From assembly GCA_041659065.1 (NCBI GenBank), contig JBAZYY010000003.1, forward strand, positions 20,696-84,695: 64,000 nucleotides of DNA, read 5' to 3'. Shown here in pieces: positions 1 through 9,590 of this stretch. The position numbers were made by a program, and so were the translations under genes. This DNA comes from Parcubacteria group bacterium (GTDB lineage: Bacteria; Patescibacteriota; Minisyncoccia; Moranbacterales; UBA11712). A model generated the notes under the pieces. The model was not told the DNA's origin. It was given only the letters and a program-made list of their open reading frames with translations, and made no database searches. Numbering within the stretch: position 1 is the first letter of the stretch; every line of letters starts with the position of its first letter.

Positions 1-240
1 CTTCAATTTCAAAAACAATATTGAAATTGCAGCTAGTTTGGCATATTAGTCTTTTCAACGCTTAATGTCAATTTAAAAGAAAATACAAAAAGGGCAAAAT
101 GCTTGAAATAAGTATTAAATGTTGGGGTGCTTTACACATCCGGCGCGGCCGTGATATAGACGTCAATGTTTTGTTTATACTGCCACCGCTAGGGCAAAAA
201 ACAAGCCCGGATATAGTAGATAAAAAACTGTCTCGAGAGG

Positions 241-783
241 TTAATTGTATTGTCTGCTTAGCACTTCATTCCACGAAGCCTTGAAGACAGATCCCATTAT
301 CTTTGGGTTGAAAACCAAAGCGTGGTTCAACCAGAAATCGAGCGCTTTTTTAAAATCATCACTGGTTTTATCTTTGATATGAGAAGGTTCATCCGGACAA
401 GGATAGCCGATATAGGCGGTCGAAAGATAATATTCTTTTTTCAAATCATCAAATTTAATCTCCACGGTCACGCAGTCGCAAGGGATACCTTTTGCGCCCA
501 TTGCTACCCGGGACGGGAATTTTCTTTCAAGCCTCAAAGCAAATGTTGTTTTTTGTTCAGGCGCGATTTTTTCTACTTCAATGAGTTTTGCTTCACCTAT
601 AGTTCTCCCCAAATTTATGGCTTCTTCGAAATACGTCGCGTTGTCAGGAATGACGATTTTTGAAATAGCCTCATTCATAAAGTCTAAAACATCCGGATGA
701 GCCAAAAAATGCTTTTTCCTTTCTTCTCTTAAATAAATATCTTTCCCGCAAGCTGTTTTGAATTTATCTTTTATATTCATCAT
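241..783 (-). CDS. hypothetical protein (180 aa)
   Basis: Long ORF on the minus strand, co-directional and overlapping by 4 bp with the downstream SpoU gene; no recognisable motif. Confidence 0.45.
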   Translation of the reverse strand: MMNIKDKFKTACGKDIYLREERKKHFLAHPDVLDFMNEAISKIVIPDNATYFEEAINLGRTIGEAKLIEVEKIAPEQKTTFALRLERKFPSRVAMGAKGIPCDCVTVEIKFDDLKKEYYLSTAYIGYPCPDEPSHIKDKTSDDFKKALDFWLNHALVFNPKIMGSVFKASWNEVLSRQYN

Positions 784-1601
784 TTTTTTCTCTGCCTGCT
801 TATTTCATAAAGAATAATGGAAGTTGCGCAGGCGACGTTGAGCGAGCTTGCAAAACCCTGAACCGGAATTTTAATGACCGCATCGGCCATTTCTTTGTAG
901 GCTGTGCTTAATCCGGTCTTTTCATTCCCAATGAGAAGAATTGTCGGTTTTTTGAAATCATGATTATCAGCGATTTTGTCGCCGGTTTCATCTGTGGCGA
1001 CAATTTGCAAATCAGGCAGTTGTTTTTTGAGAGATGCGAGCCAAGCATCCAGCTCCTGATGCGAAGGAAGGCGGATTGAAGGAAAAGAGAAAAAGGAGCC
1101 GGTTGTGGCTCGGATGGTTTCCGGGTCATAAAGATCGACTGCGTGTCCGGTGAGGATAAGTCCGCTGGCGCCGAAGGCATCGCAAGAGCGTATTAAAGTT
1201 CCCAAGTTTCCGGGGCTCGATGGCCGGTCAAAAACCAGCGTCAGGAAATTTTCTTTTACGGGAATAGCGCTGGGATCATCGTTTCGCATATGAGCGACAG
1301 TGATGAGTTCGGAAATGTCTTCCTTAGCGCTTAGCTTTCGCATTAGTTTCAACGGGAGCTCGTAGTGAAAATTAGCTTGGGAGCTTCGGAGAACTCCGCT
1401 TGCCCAGCGAGACAGCTCTTTTTCCGGCGAATAAAGGAAAGCCTCAATTTTCCATTTTGACTGAAGGGCGTTCTTTATATTTCGGACACCCTCAAATATG
1501 AATTTTCTCTCTTTTTGCCTTTTCTGTCGATTTTCCTTGAGAGCCGAGAGGATTTGAAAAATATCATTCTCAGAATGAATTTTGATGGTTTTTGGACTCA
1601 T
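780..1601 (-). CDS. TrmH/SpoU-family RNA 2'-O-methyltransferase
   Basis: The translation carries SpoU-methylase hallmarks (FDRPSSPGNLGTLIRSCDAFG ... IGNEKTGL ... LNVACATSIILYE), the class IV SPOUT fold motifs. Confidence 0.8.
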   Translation of the reverse strand: MSPKTIKIHSENDIFQILSALKENRQKRQKERKFIFEGVRNIKNALQSKWKIEAFLYSPEKELSRWASGVLRSSQANFHYELPLKLMRKLSAKEDISELITVAHMRNDDPSAIPVKENFLTLVFDRPSSPGNLGTLIRSCDAFGASGLILTGHAVDLYDPETIRATTGSFFSFPSIRLPSHQELDAWLASLKKQLPDLQIVATDETGDKIADNHDFKKPTILLIGNEKTGLSTAYKEMADAVIKIPVQGFASSLNVACATSIILYEISRQRKK

Positions 1602-1853
1602 AGTGTTAAAAAATATTTATTACTCATATAATCATAAAGATCGATAACATGCAACTTTAACTTTATATAATTTCGTTTCAAATATAAATCCCGAACTGTA
1701 AAAAAAATAATTACATAATTTTTGTCCGCCTATCGCAAAAAAGCGCCAGGGAAAAAAGCATAGAACGACGAAAATGAAAAAGGAAAAGCCGGGTTCCAAA
1801 TATTAACTTGGTTCCCGGCTAATCACGATTCTTGAAATATTTTTTCCCTTGGC

Positions 1854-2240
1854 TTACAGACCCTCGACTTTGGACTTATCGAGCTTTCTCCCTCCCGGAG
1901 GGAAAAAAATGATAATATCTTCCGAGATCCGCGAGCTGAGCTTCAGCCGATCGCCGGCACTGCCCAGGCTTGGGCCGATGTTACTCAAATCATACGCAGC
2001 GGGGTTCACTACGTACTCGAGTAAGTCGGCTTTTACCCATTTTATCGGCAGTGGAGGCCATCCTTCACCTTTGGCTAGCCATGCAAACCGGATGGTGAGC
2101 CTATCTTCCTCCAAGATGATGGATTCTATCTCACCGCGATATAAGCCCTCTTCTCTGCTTTGGATTTCTGCCTGACCGCTCTTGAATCCTGCGAACAACC
2201 GTAGCATCATACTCATCGTCTTTACACCCTCCTTAAACAA
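1854..2240 (-). CDS. hypothetical protein (128 aa)
   Basis: ORF only; no motif recognised. Confidence 0.35.
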   Translation of the reverse strand: MFKEGVKTMSMMLRLFAGFKSGQAEIQSREEGLYRGEIESIILEEDRLTIRFAWLAKGEGWPPLPIKWVKADLLEYVVNPAAYDLSNIGPSLGSAGDRLKLSSRISEDIIIFFPPGGRKLDKSKVEGL

Positions 2241-2455
2241 CTAGATTGATTACCATGAATCTTCATGGCGAGATTTATTAATTTATTGAGGTCAATCCCA
2301 TAAATTGATGACGTTTGAAATTAGCATATCTGAATTTAATAGTCAACAATCCTGCAAAATAAATCTTAGCAACAAAAAAACCGCCAGGGCAGAAAACAAG
2401 CTCGTAAAGATAAAGCAAAAACCGCCTAAGGTTAGGCGATTTTCGGGTTTTAAAA

Positions 2456-2482
2456 AAAAGAGAGGCGCATGCCCCTCTCTTT
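2456..2482 (-). terminator. rho-independent terminator (AGAGAGG-loop-CCTCTCT + T-run)
   Basis: A 7-bp inverted repeat agagagg/cctctct with an 8-nt loop, followed by a T8 run on the minus strand immediately after the 2489..2899 stop. A second hairpin (cgcctaaggttaggcg + T-run) lies at ~2418-2450. Confidence 0.6.
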
Positions 2483-2488
2483 TCACTA

Positions 2489-2899
2489 TTAGCTCCGGTT
2501 GTCGCAGACGCCATCTCCGTCTTTATCAACAAAATTTGTTCTGTTGCTCCTGTTCATTCCCTGGCCGTTTCCTTGGCCCAATCCGAGCTCTGCTCGGATC
2601 TTATTGGCTTCGTCATATTTTTTTTCGAGCATTAGCTTACGCATTTCAGCGAAGCGCGAGAAATTTTGTTCATTGACGACCTCCGTCACTCTCCCTCGCC
2701 CGTTCATCTGTTCCTTCCAGGCGCTATAATCGTTGCTTTCAAAAGCTTTTTGCATCTCCGTGCGCCTCTCCGGGCTGTAGTTGGGACCGGTTTGGTCCGG
2801 ATTTCCCCGATAAGCAAGCGCTGTTTGGGATATGGCGAAAGCCCCTGCAATTCCCGCAACTGCGATTGCACTCATTGCGATATATTTATTCTTCATCAT
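2489..2899 (-). CDS. small secreted protein with N-terminal signal peptide
   Basis: N-terminus MMKNKYIAMSAIAVAGIAGAFA is a typical signal peptide, followed by a Gly/Asn-rich low-complexity tail. Tandem rho-independent terminators follow its stop at ~2380-2482 on the minus strand. Confidence 0.55.
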   Translation of the reverse strand: MMKNKYIAMSAIAVAGIAGAFAISQTALAYRGNPDQTGPNYSPERRTEMQKAFESNDYSAWKEQMNGRGRVTEVVNEQNFSRFAEMRKLMLEKKYDEANKIRAELGLGQGNGQGMNRSNRTNFVDKDGDGVCDNRS

Positions 2900-2964
2900 T
2901 TTTTCTTAATTATTATTGGCCGGCTCTGGTATATAAAACGAAAGCTTTCCAGATTGTTTTCAAA

Positions 2965-3771
2965 TCATTTCTGCCGTCCGTTCATCATTCCTTTTGGCCC
3001 GTCTGGATTATTTCCGTCTTCGCTCTTCGCGCCCATATTTCCATTCATAGGCCCTTTGCCTTGCCAGGGACGAATTTCATCGGCTTTGAAGGTTTGGTTG
3101 TTTTGGGCTTGGCCGATTGTCTTTATCATTTTGCCGGATTCAAGGCGCACTGATGGCCGCACGACGGTTTTCTCATCAATCAAAATTTGCCAGTCCTTTC
3201 CCGAAAGATCCTGAAGTTCAACCGAGTTTTCCGAAACAGAGTTGATCGTCCCGGCCAACAATCCAATTTCGGGCTGGGACCATTGGGATTCTTTTGTCGT
3301 GATCAATCTGTCATAACCCGGAAAGTCATGCATCATCGCTCCGTTTATTTTTCCTCCGAAACCGGCTAAAGTCGTCAGGGTTCCAAAGGCCAATATTATT
3401 CCTAAGGCCGCCGCAATAATTTTCAAAAAATTATACCTGTATCCCTGCTCGGTTTTGCGCAGGGCAAAGAACGCCAAGAAGACTATGACTATAAATGGGA
3501 CTATCCAAAGGTAGGGGATAAGGGACAGATAGTAGGAGAGCGGGAAGCTAGGCATGGCGGCAGAAAGATCCCAATCCAGCTGCGACAAGAGAAAATACAC
3601 AACAGAAGAAACGGCGGCGCCAAAAAGCGCGACAGCGAAAAATGACAGCCAAGCTGAATATTTTTTTGCCAAGTACTTCCAGCGTGGCTCGGGCCGGATG
3701 CGTTCGTCTTTAATCTTTTTAATTGTATCCGCGATTATATTTCGCATAGGCTTATTTATCAAAACAATCAA
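2965..3771 (-). CDS. membrane protein, putative anti-sigma factor
   Basis: Overlaps the upstream ECF sigma gene by 20 bp. It has an N-terminal cytoplasmic segment, two or three TM helices, and a C-terminal Gly/Asn/Met-rich extracytoplasmic tail. The assignment rests on position only. Confidence 0.5.
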   Translation of the reverse strand: MIVLINKPMRNIIADTIKKIKDERIRPEPRWKYLAKKYSAWLSFFAVALFGAAVSSVVYFLLSQLDWDLSAAMPSFPLSYYLSLIPYLWIVPFIVIVFLAFFALRKTEQGYRYNFLKIIAAALGIILAFGTLTTLAGFGGKINGAMMHDFPGYDRLITTKESQWSQPEIGLLAGTINSVSENSVELQDLSGKDWQILIDEKTVVRPSVRLESGKMIKTIGQAQNNQTFKADEIRPWQGKGPMNGNMGAKSEDGNNPDGPKGMMNGRQK

Positions 3772-4351
3772 TGCCTTCCTTTTTCATATTAGCCAAGAGC
3801 ATTTCCCGGCCGCGGGCTATCAGGGTCGCGACCGAGCCCTTGGGTTTTCTCAATATATCCATAATCTCTTCATAGCTTTTTTCTTCAAGGAAGCGAAGCA
3901 CTAAAATATCTTTGTATTTGAGCGGCAATTTTTCCAGGCAAACTTTCATTTTCTCCAGGCAGTCTTTGGATCCAAGCTCCTTCGCCATGTCCGTTTTTGA
4001 TTTCAGCAGCTTTGCCAGTTCATATTCTTCGAGTGAATTGGTTTTGGGTCTGGCGCTGGTTTTGCGGAAAAAATCTATTATGTGATTATGCGTAATTCGG
4101 TAGGCCCAGCTGGAAAATTTCAAAAGTTCGTTGTACTCGTTTAATTTTTGGTAAATCTTAATGAAAACTTCCTGCAGCAGATCCTCGGCATCTTCTTTGG
4201 GAAGTTGCGTAAGGCGGCGGATATAATGAAACAGCGGAATCTGATACCGCTTCATAAGAAGGCCGAAAGACTCAGGATCGATTTTTGCCAATTCGATCAA
4301 TTCGGCATCAGATTTTTCATTTTCTGTGGCGGTCAAATGCTGATTATCCAT
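3752..4351 (-). CDS. RNA polymerase ECF-type sigma-70 factor
   Basis: Sigma-70 region 2 (YIRRLTQLPKEDAEDLLQEVFIKIY ... AYRITHNHIIDFFRK) and region 4 (YKDILVLRFLEEKSYEEIMDIL ... GSVATLIARGREML) are recognisable. Confidence 0.85.
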   Translation of the reverse strand: MDNQHLTATENEKSDAELIELAKIDPESFGLLMKRYQIPLFHYIRRLTQLPKEDAEDLLQEVFIKIYQKLNEYNELLKFSSWAYRITHNHIIDFFRKTSARPKTNSLEEYELAKLLKSKTDMAKELGSKDCLEKMKVCLEKLPLKYKDILVLRFLEEKSYEEIMDILRKPKGSVATLIARGREMLLANMKKEGIDCFDK

Positions 4352-4505
4352 GGATTAGCGCTGCAACAAGATAATACGATTTTTATGCTATTTGTTTTCG
4401 AAATGTATTCAGAATAAAAACCGCCATAACGAAACGGCTTTTTGAGGTACAAAAAAAGACCGTTCTCGGTCAGCGAGCTGCGCAGAGCAAAAAAAGGCCT
4501 AGATC

Positions 4506-4745
4506 CTAACTGCGCTTTACCTTGTTGGGACAATAAACACTCATTCTGCCTTTGGGATAGGTCTTGCGGCACTTCGGACATGGCTTCTTAAGCATGTTTG
4601 GGCCCCAAATCCTCCTGCCTGTCCAGCCGCACGGGCACACATGATCCGAACCCTTTTCCATCCGTAGCCTTCTTTTTTGAGCTCTTCCTGCATGGTCATA
4701 GTCGATACCTCTTTCGCCAGCGGCGTTTCTCGTGCTCAATGTCAA
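4506..4745 (-). CDS. small Cys-rich (zinc-ribbon-like) ORF; frame uncertain
   Basis: CPCG...CPKC...C motifs are present in a locally GC-rich segment. An alternative 52-aa frame starting at 4700 also exists, so the true product is unclear. Confidence 0.25.
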   Translation of the reverse strand: MTLSTRNAAGERGIDYDHAGRAQKRRLRMEKGSDHVCPCGWTGRRIWGPNMLKKPCPKCRKTYPKGRMSVYCPNKVKRS

Positions 4746-4778
4746 GTTTGCCTTCTCGGTTAGCGGTGTAAGCTGATA

Positions 4779-5249
4779 CTACAGCTTACTGAGATAGGCA
4801 GCGATTTTGATTAAGGCAAGGCCGAAAATCATCCGGAAAAAGTAGGAGACACATCTTCTGCTTAATTTCCAGTGGAACCCGATTTTACAGGGAATGTTTC
4901 TGGCCTTTGCCCATGGCTTGATGTTTAACAGAGTAAGAATATGGAAGAGATTGAAATAATCGACATATTTTTCAAGCTGCCATAGCTTGTCCTCTCCCCC
5001 GGTGAAGTCCAACTCGATGGTGATCATGCCATCCAAGCAGATGATGCTGTGAACTTCAAGAGTGTAGGTCAGATCTCTCTCGGCAGTTATCCAGTTTTTA
5101 ACCGGGAGAAAAACTTTTTCTTTTTTCCAGTTATTGAGACAATATAAACCCTCCGCGCCGGATCCGGATTGGTCGGTCATAGTTTCCTCCAAGGAAAAGT
5201 TGAATGAACTGTAGCTAGAAATAATAATATGACCAATTTTCTTTGTCAA
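4779..5249 (-). CDS. hypothetical protein (156 aa)
   Basis: ORF only. Confidence 0.4.
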   Translation of the reverse strand: MTKKIGHIIISSYSSFNFSLEETMTDQSGSGAEGLYCLNNWKKEKVFLPVKNWITAERDLTYTLEVHSIICLDGMITIELDFTGGEDKLWQLEKYVDYFNLFHILTLLNIKPWAKARNIPCKIGFHWKLSRRCVSYFFRMIFGLALIKIAAYLSKL

Positions 5250-5307
5250 ACAAAAAACCGCCTTTTAGGGCGTTTTCATTCATTTAAATTACTATAAAAA
5301 GACCAAA

Positions 5308-5670
5308 TCACTCCTTCTCAAGCCAGCCCGCGAGAAAGAATCCGCCGATAATGAAGGCTACTCCGGAAATTTGGAGCGACCAAACGAGTGCCATTCTCCA
5401 GTCATCCGCGCCGCGAATAGCGAGGAAAATATAGAGAAGGCCAGCTAGGATGAAAACGACGGCTCCCACAAGCTCGCGCTTCCAAGCAACGGCCAGAACC
5501 GCAATCAAAACAAAAACTGGAATGTTGTGGATAAGGAAACCTGCCAACGTTTCCCAAAAACCGGCTCCCGTACCGAAAACATCCAAAGAGAACAGCGCCA
5601 AAAAAGCGATGAAAATTATGGAGAGGATTCTTGGAGTCCAAAATACGAATTTACTGATTTTATTTTTCAT
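5308..5670 (-). CDS. small integral membrane protein (4 TM)
   Basis: Four hydrophobic helices predicted from the translation. Confidence 0.5.
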   Translation of the reverse strand: MKNKISKFVFWTPRILSIIFIAFLALFSLDVFGTGAGFWETLAGFLIHNIPVFVLIAVLAVAWKRELVGAVVFILAGLLYIFLAIRGADDWRMALVWSLQISGVAFIIGGFFLAGWLEKE

Positions 5671-5726
5671 ACTTACGCCTCAATTATATCGCGAGCCCGC
5701 AATCTGCAGCGAATACTTTTTGGACA

Positions 5727-6029
5727 TCAATTCCAGATTAAAAGGAATTCGCATCCCGCAGGGCCGGCTTTGAGAAAATGTTTCGAGCCTTTTTTGTTTA
5801 TAATCAGATCTCCTTTGCCATACTTATGATTTTCATCAGACATGCTTCCTTTTAAGATATAGTTATATCTCGTATCCGTGTGCACATGCCGCGTAATATA
5901 TTTCCCGGGCTTAATTTTCAGGATAGAAATCTTCAATCCGCCTTTGCCCGCGAGGCACTCTCTTTCAAAAACATCCCTCTGTATTTCCTTCCATTTGATA
6001 GCAGTTGTTTTGATGTACTTATCTTTCAT
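5727..6029 (-). CDS. cupin-fold protein
   Basis: Small beta-rich ORF with the HVHTDTRYNYILKG ... GDLIIN pattern typical of cupin_2 proteins. Confidence 0.45.
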   Translation of the reverse strand: MKDKYIKTTAIKWKEIQRDVFERECLAGKGGLKISILKIKPGKYITRHVHTDTRYNYILKGSMSDENHKYGKGDLIINKKGSKHFLKAGPAGCEFLLIWN

Positions 6030-6098
6030 TTTTTTGATATGGTTAATTTTTTAGTTGGCTTGATGTTTTGTTGTGCCATTTTTATAATCTCCGATTTT

Positions 6099-6128
6099 TC
6101 TAGAGGCCTCTATAGAAGCTTCTATCTC
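6099..6128 (+). repeat. twin-palindrome intergenic repeat, copy 1
   Basis: tcTAGAGGCCTCTATAGAAGCTTCTAtctc. Confidence 0.7.
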
Positions 6129-6915
6129 AGTGGATAAATTTCTTCGGGTAATTTCCTCTTATTTCGACTGATATTTTTTTGTCTTCGATATCAACTATGG
6201 AATACGCCTGGCTTGGCACCCCTTTATCATCTTCATTTTCCACCAAAGATTGAACGGTGAAATACGGAATGGAATCATGCAGGTGCATCCTGTTCCAATG
6301 CAAATGACTATTGAATACGGCGATTACTTTTTTTGATTTTGAAAGTATGCTTCTGATTTCTTTTCTGTTCATTATGAGACATTTTTCGGGTTTCCCTTCG
6401 AAAAATGGATTTCCCGTGAGATTTTGTTCAGCCAAACCGTAATGGACGAAGACTAAGCATTGTTTTTCTGTTTCTTCTAAATCTTTCTGGAGCCATTTTT
6501 TCTGTTCATCGGAAATATAAAAACGGATTTTGTCAGCGAATCTTTTTGAAAACAATACTATAAAATGAAAGCGCCCTAAATCAAAGGAATAATACAATTT
6601 TTTTTGATTGAATGATTTGGCTAAATCATCCTCCGCTATATTTTTCAAATCATGATTTCCCGCCACATAATAGACGGGACAGTCCAATCCGTTCAATGAT
6701 TCGATAATATAATCGAGATTATCCTTATCTTTTATCGGATTTTCATCCTGAATTAAATCTCCCAGAGCGATGACCAGCTTCGGTTTGACGTTTTCCTTCA
6801 TTTCTTTGATAAAGTTGCCGAGCAACGTTTTCGCCTCTTTATTCACTTTGCGGAGAATGCCCTTGTGGTATTCTTCGGGACCCATGTGGATGTCGGTAAT
6901 AATCGCAAATTTCAT
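6127..6915 (-). CDS. metallophosphoesterase (calcineurin-like)
   Basis: GDLIQD and GNHD metal-binding motifs are present. The start was chosen at MKFAIITDIHMG (DxH motif); the ORF track extends it to 6939. Confidence 0.75.
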   Translation of the reverse strand: MKFAIITDIHMGPEEYHKGILRKVNKEAKTLLGNFIKEMKENVKPKLVIALGDLIQDENPIKDKDNLDYIIESLNGLDCPVYYVAGNHDLKNIAEDDLAKSFNQKKLYYSFDLGRFHFIVLFSKRFADKIRFYISDEQKKWLQKDLEETEKQCLVFVHYGLAEQNLTGNPFFEGKPEKCLIMNRKEIRSILSKSKKVIAVFNSHLHWNRMHLHDSIPYFTVQSLVENEDDKGVPSQAYSIVDIEDKKISVEIRGNYPKKFIH

Positions 6916-6919
6916 ATAT

Positions 6920-7369
6920 TTATTTCTGTCCCCAATCAATAAGTTCCGTGAATCTTAGATAAAAACCGAACGGATCAACCATCCGAAAATCTTTCCAGGT
7001 GTGCCCGTGATCCTCGAGTTCCCTCAAATCGCGTACTATATATTCCTGAAGATACTGCGACACCATTTTATATATTCCATCTATATCATCGGTAGTTATG
7101 GTTATTTCCGTCGCATATCCTCTTCTTGTTTCTTTGGGAAATTGTTTGAAAAATGACTGATTATAAACCCGCTCATCGCCGCCATAAAAATTGAGCATGG
7201 TGTTTCCCAATTTATCTTGGCGAGTCATCGTCAAATAACCCAACTCTTTTTCATTGAGTTTATCCTCCATGCTGACCGTGAAGCCGAGCTTCGAATAAAA
7301 ATCTTTCACAACGCGAAGATCGGGAACATGCAACTCTATGACTAAATTGTTTCTGATGGGATTTTTCAT
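6920..7369 (-). CDS. VOC/glyoxalase-bleomycin-resistance family protein
   Basis: Paired beta-alpha-beta-beta-beta modules (LVIELHVPDLRVVKDFYSKLGF ... FRMVDPFGFYLRFTE). The start was set at the internal Met MKNPIRNN; the upstream part of the ORF is a non-ATG extension that lies inside the repeat. Confidence 0.7.
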   Translation of the reverse strand: MKNPIRNNLVIELHVPDLRVVKDFYSKLGFTVSMEDKLNEKELGYLTMTRQDKLGNTMLNFYGGDERVYNQSFFKQFPKETRRGYATEITITTDDIDGIYKMVSQYLQEYIVRDLRELEDHGHTWKDFRMVDPFGFYLRFTELIDWGQK

Positions 7370-7383
7370 ATTTTCTATTGAAT

Positions 7384-7445
7384 TATTTCTTCCGCCAATC
7401 ACTGATCTCGACTTTGCCGTTCCCTTTGTCTTTCACAACCAGCTA
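7384..7445 (-). pseudogene. 3'-terminal remnant of an AbrB/SpoVT-family gene (encodes ...LVVKDKGNGKVEISDWRKK*)
   Basis: A 62-nt copy, ~85% identical to the 3' end of the intact small gene at 11440..11610. In-frame TAG/TAA stops lie immediately upstream and there is no start codon. Confidence 0.5.
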
Positions 7446-7473
7446 TTTTTATTTTTAGACGTTGTTTTAATTT

Positions 7474-8121
7474 TCATTTCTGAGTCATTTTTTCTAATAC
7501 GGACAATATGTTTCTACTGATTAATTTGTGTCCCTTCTGATTGGCGTGCAAGCCATCGCGGTAAAGATATTTTTTCTTCCATTCTTCCTCAACCGTGTCA
7601 ACACCGACGAAAGTTATTTCTCTCTCTTCGCAAAGTTGCTTTGCACGAGATTCAAATTTTTGCTTTCTTTCGTTTGTGAAATAGGATTTTCCGCCATCAA
7701 ATGGGCTGATCTTTGGGCATGTTTTTGCTTCGTCGTAAAATCCTCCGCCTACAAAAATCACTTCACTACTAAGCTTCCTTAGAAGATCAAGCAGGTCTGA
7801 CATCTCATCGGTGTATTGTTCTATAGTAGAAAGAAAATTATTCGGCTGGCCTACAGCTCTCGCGTTATTGCCCCCTATTGAAACGATGGTAATTATTTTC
7901 CCGCCCCGTCCGTAATCATTCAGCTGCTGGGGAAAAGTACTCGCGACGAAATCAATCGTAGCTCCGGATTTTCCAAAATTATAAATCTCGTATTTCTCGC
8001 CGACTCCATCCTTCGAATACATCTTTTTGTGAAGACCTTGTTTCACCAAATCGGCCCAACCTCCATTTTCCGCACCGACGCCATAAACGCTACTAGAGCC
8101 GAGTATAAATATCGGGATCAT
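7474..8121 (-). CDS. SGNH/GDSL-family hydrolase
   Basis: GSSSVYG (catalytic Ser block I), block III GGNN, and a C-terminal DGLHxN(Q)xG block. Confidence 0.75.
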   Translation of the reverse strand: MIPIFILGSSSVYGVGAENGGWADLVKQGLHKKMYSKDGVGEKYEIYNFGKSGATIDFVASTFPQQLNDYGRGGKIITIVSIGGNNARAVGQPNNFLSTIEQYTDEMSDLLDLLRKLSSEVIFVGGGFYDEAKTCPKISPFDGGKSYFTNERKQKFESRAKQLCEEREITFVGVDTVEEEWKKKYLYRDGLHANQKGHKLISRNILSVLEKMTQK

Positions 8122-8135
8122 TTAAGTGTTTTGAT

Positions 8136-8783
8136 TTAAAAATTAAAATTATCAAAATTTTCTGTGATACTCCTTATGGATTCATTGGATATCTCGGCGA
8201 GAGGAATACTCACTTTTTCTTGGATTTGTTTCTCAATGATTCGAACCGCTTCAACAAGTTCGGGATAGTCCGGACGACTACTGTAATGAGATGATCTTTT
8301 TCTGAGTTCTTCAAGCCGGTCTTCCAAAGCTTCCACTCCATTCGGAGCAACTCTTAAGTCGGCATATAGCAAAATTTTGGGATACCAATTATTTCCCGCA
8401 GCCGTTTCTTTTGATCTGCCGAAAGATTTGTTGAGAATTGTCTGAATTACTAGATCATTAACTTTGAGCTCGGTGAGCATCTTTCCGGTGGCTGCGTGAT
8501 CATCTCGGCCATATTTTCCGATCATCTCTTTCTGGATATTTTTCCAATACTCTACATTTTCACCCTCATTCGTCAAAATTTCCGGAAATTTTTCCAGGTC
8601 AAATTTTACAACGTTTCCCAAGTCATGGAGTAGGGCGGATTTTATTAGAATGTCCCAATCTATTTCCGCCGAATAATCATGCCAGCGGTTTTGAATAAAC
8701 GAAACAACTTTCGCAACGGTCAGCATATGCCTCGCAAGATTCGGGGGAATATTGAATTTTTTATAGATATCAACTATTTCCAT
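8136..8783 (-). CDS. HD-domain phosphohydrolase
   Basis: H...HD motif (ARHMLTVAKV ... ALLHDLGN). Confidence 0.7.
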   Translation of the reverse strand: MEIVDIYKKFNIPPNLARHMLTVAKVVSFIQNRWHDYSAEIDWDILIKSALLHDLGNVVKFDLEKFPEILTNEGENVEYWKNIQKEMIGKYGRDDHAATGKMLTELKVNDLVIQTILNKSFGRSKETAAGNNWYPKILLYADLRVAPNGVEALEDRLEELRKRSSHYSSRPDYPELVEAVRIIEKQIQEKVSIPLAEISNESIRSITENFDNFNF

Positions 8784-8833
8784 TTCTTTTTAGATGAATT
8801 CTCCTCTCCTACTTTTTCCGCCAATCGCCGACA

Positions 8834-9541
8834 CTATTTTGCCATAGCTTTCTTCCTCAAGTCCTCGGGCATTTTTTCAATCGCATAGCGGAGTGCCGTG
8901 CGGGGCATTTTCGCCTTGTTTTTCATGACATAACGAAAAACCTCCTTTTGATGCGCTTGGCTCGCGGCTTTGAGCATCCAACCGTATCCCTTCTGCACCA
9001 GATCCTCCTTGTCGAGAAGAAGAATATTGGCAATCTCAAAGATGTCTTTCAAAAAATTTCCCTGCCGCGCCGGAATGATGAGCGAAACCGCCGAAGCGCG
9101 GCGCATCCAAAGATTTCTTGACCGAGCCCACTTTTTCAAATTTGCCAAATATTCCGGATACATGCTAATAAAATCACCAACCGTATGGTTGCAGAGCGTA
9201 TCACAAGCTGCCCAGTTGCGCACATATTCTTTCACCCATTTTTCAAAAACTTTGAAATCCTTTGGCTCGAAATCTTTGCGAAGAAGATAGGACCAGTGGC
9301 AGGCGACAAAAGATTCTTCCATATAGCCGGACTGCCACAAATCTTCGCACAAAGCGAAAATGTCCGATTTTCTTCGGCTTTCAATGTCCTTGAAAAAATC
9401 CTTCGCTATCCGGGCGGTAACGGCGGATTTCACTCCGTATAATTTCACTGCTTCCTTGAAAAAACGCTCGCCGCTTTTTTTCGTTTTCAAATCAGAATTC
9501 TTTTTGAGTTCCAAGCGAATTTTTTTGAGGACATTATTCAT
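8834..9541 (-). CDS. DNA alkylation repair enzyme (AlkD-like HEAT-repeat glycosylase family)
   Basis: Matches the DNA_alkylation family signature over its full length (FFKDIESRRKSDIFALCEDLW ... WAACDTLC ... RRASAVSLI ... KGYGWMLKA). Confidence 0.7.
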   Translation of the reverse strand: MNNVLKKIRLELKKNSDLKTKKSGERFFKEAVKLYGVKSAVTARIAKDFFKDIESRRKSDIFALCEDLWQSGYMEESFVACHWSYLLRKDFEPKDFKVFEKWVKEYVRNWAACDTLCNHTVGDFISMYPEYLANLKKWARSRNLWMRRASAVSLIIPARQGNFLKDIFEIANILLLDKEDLVQKGYGWMLKAASQAHQKEVFRYVMKNKAKMPRTALRYAIEKMPEDLRKKAMAK

Positions 9542-9590
9542 ATATTCAAAGAATAATTTTATTCTATTATTTCTTTATAGCAGCAGAGAT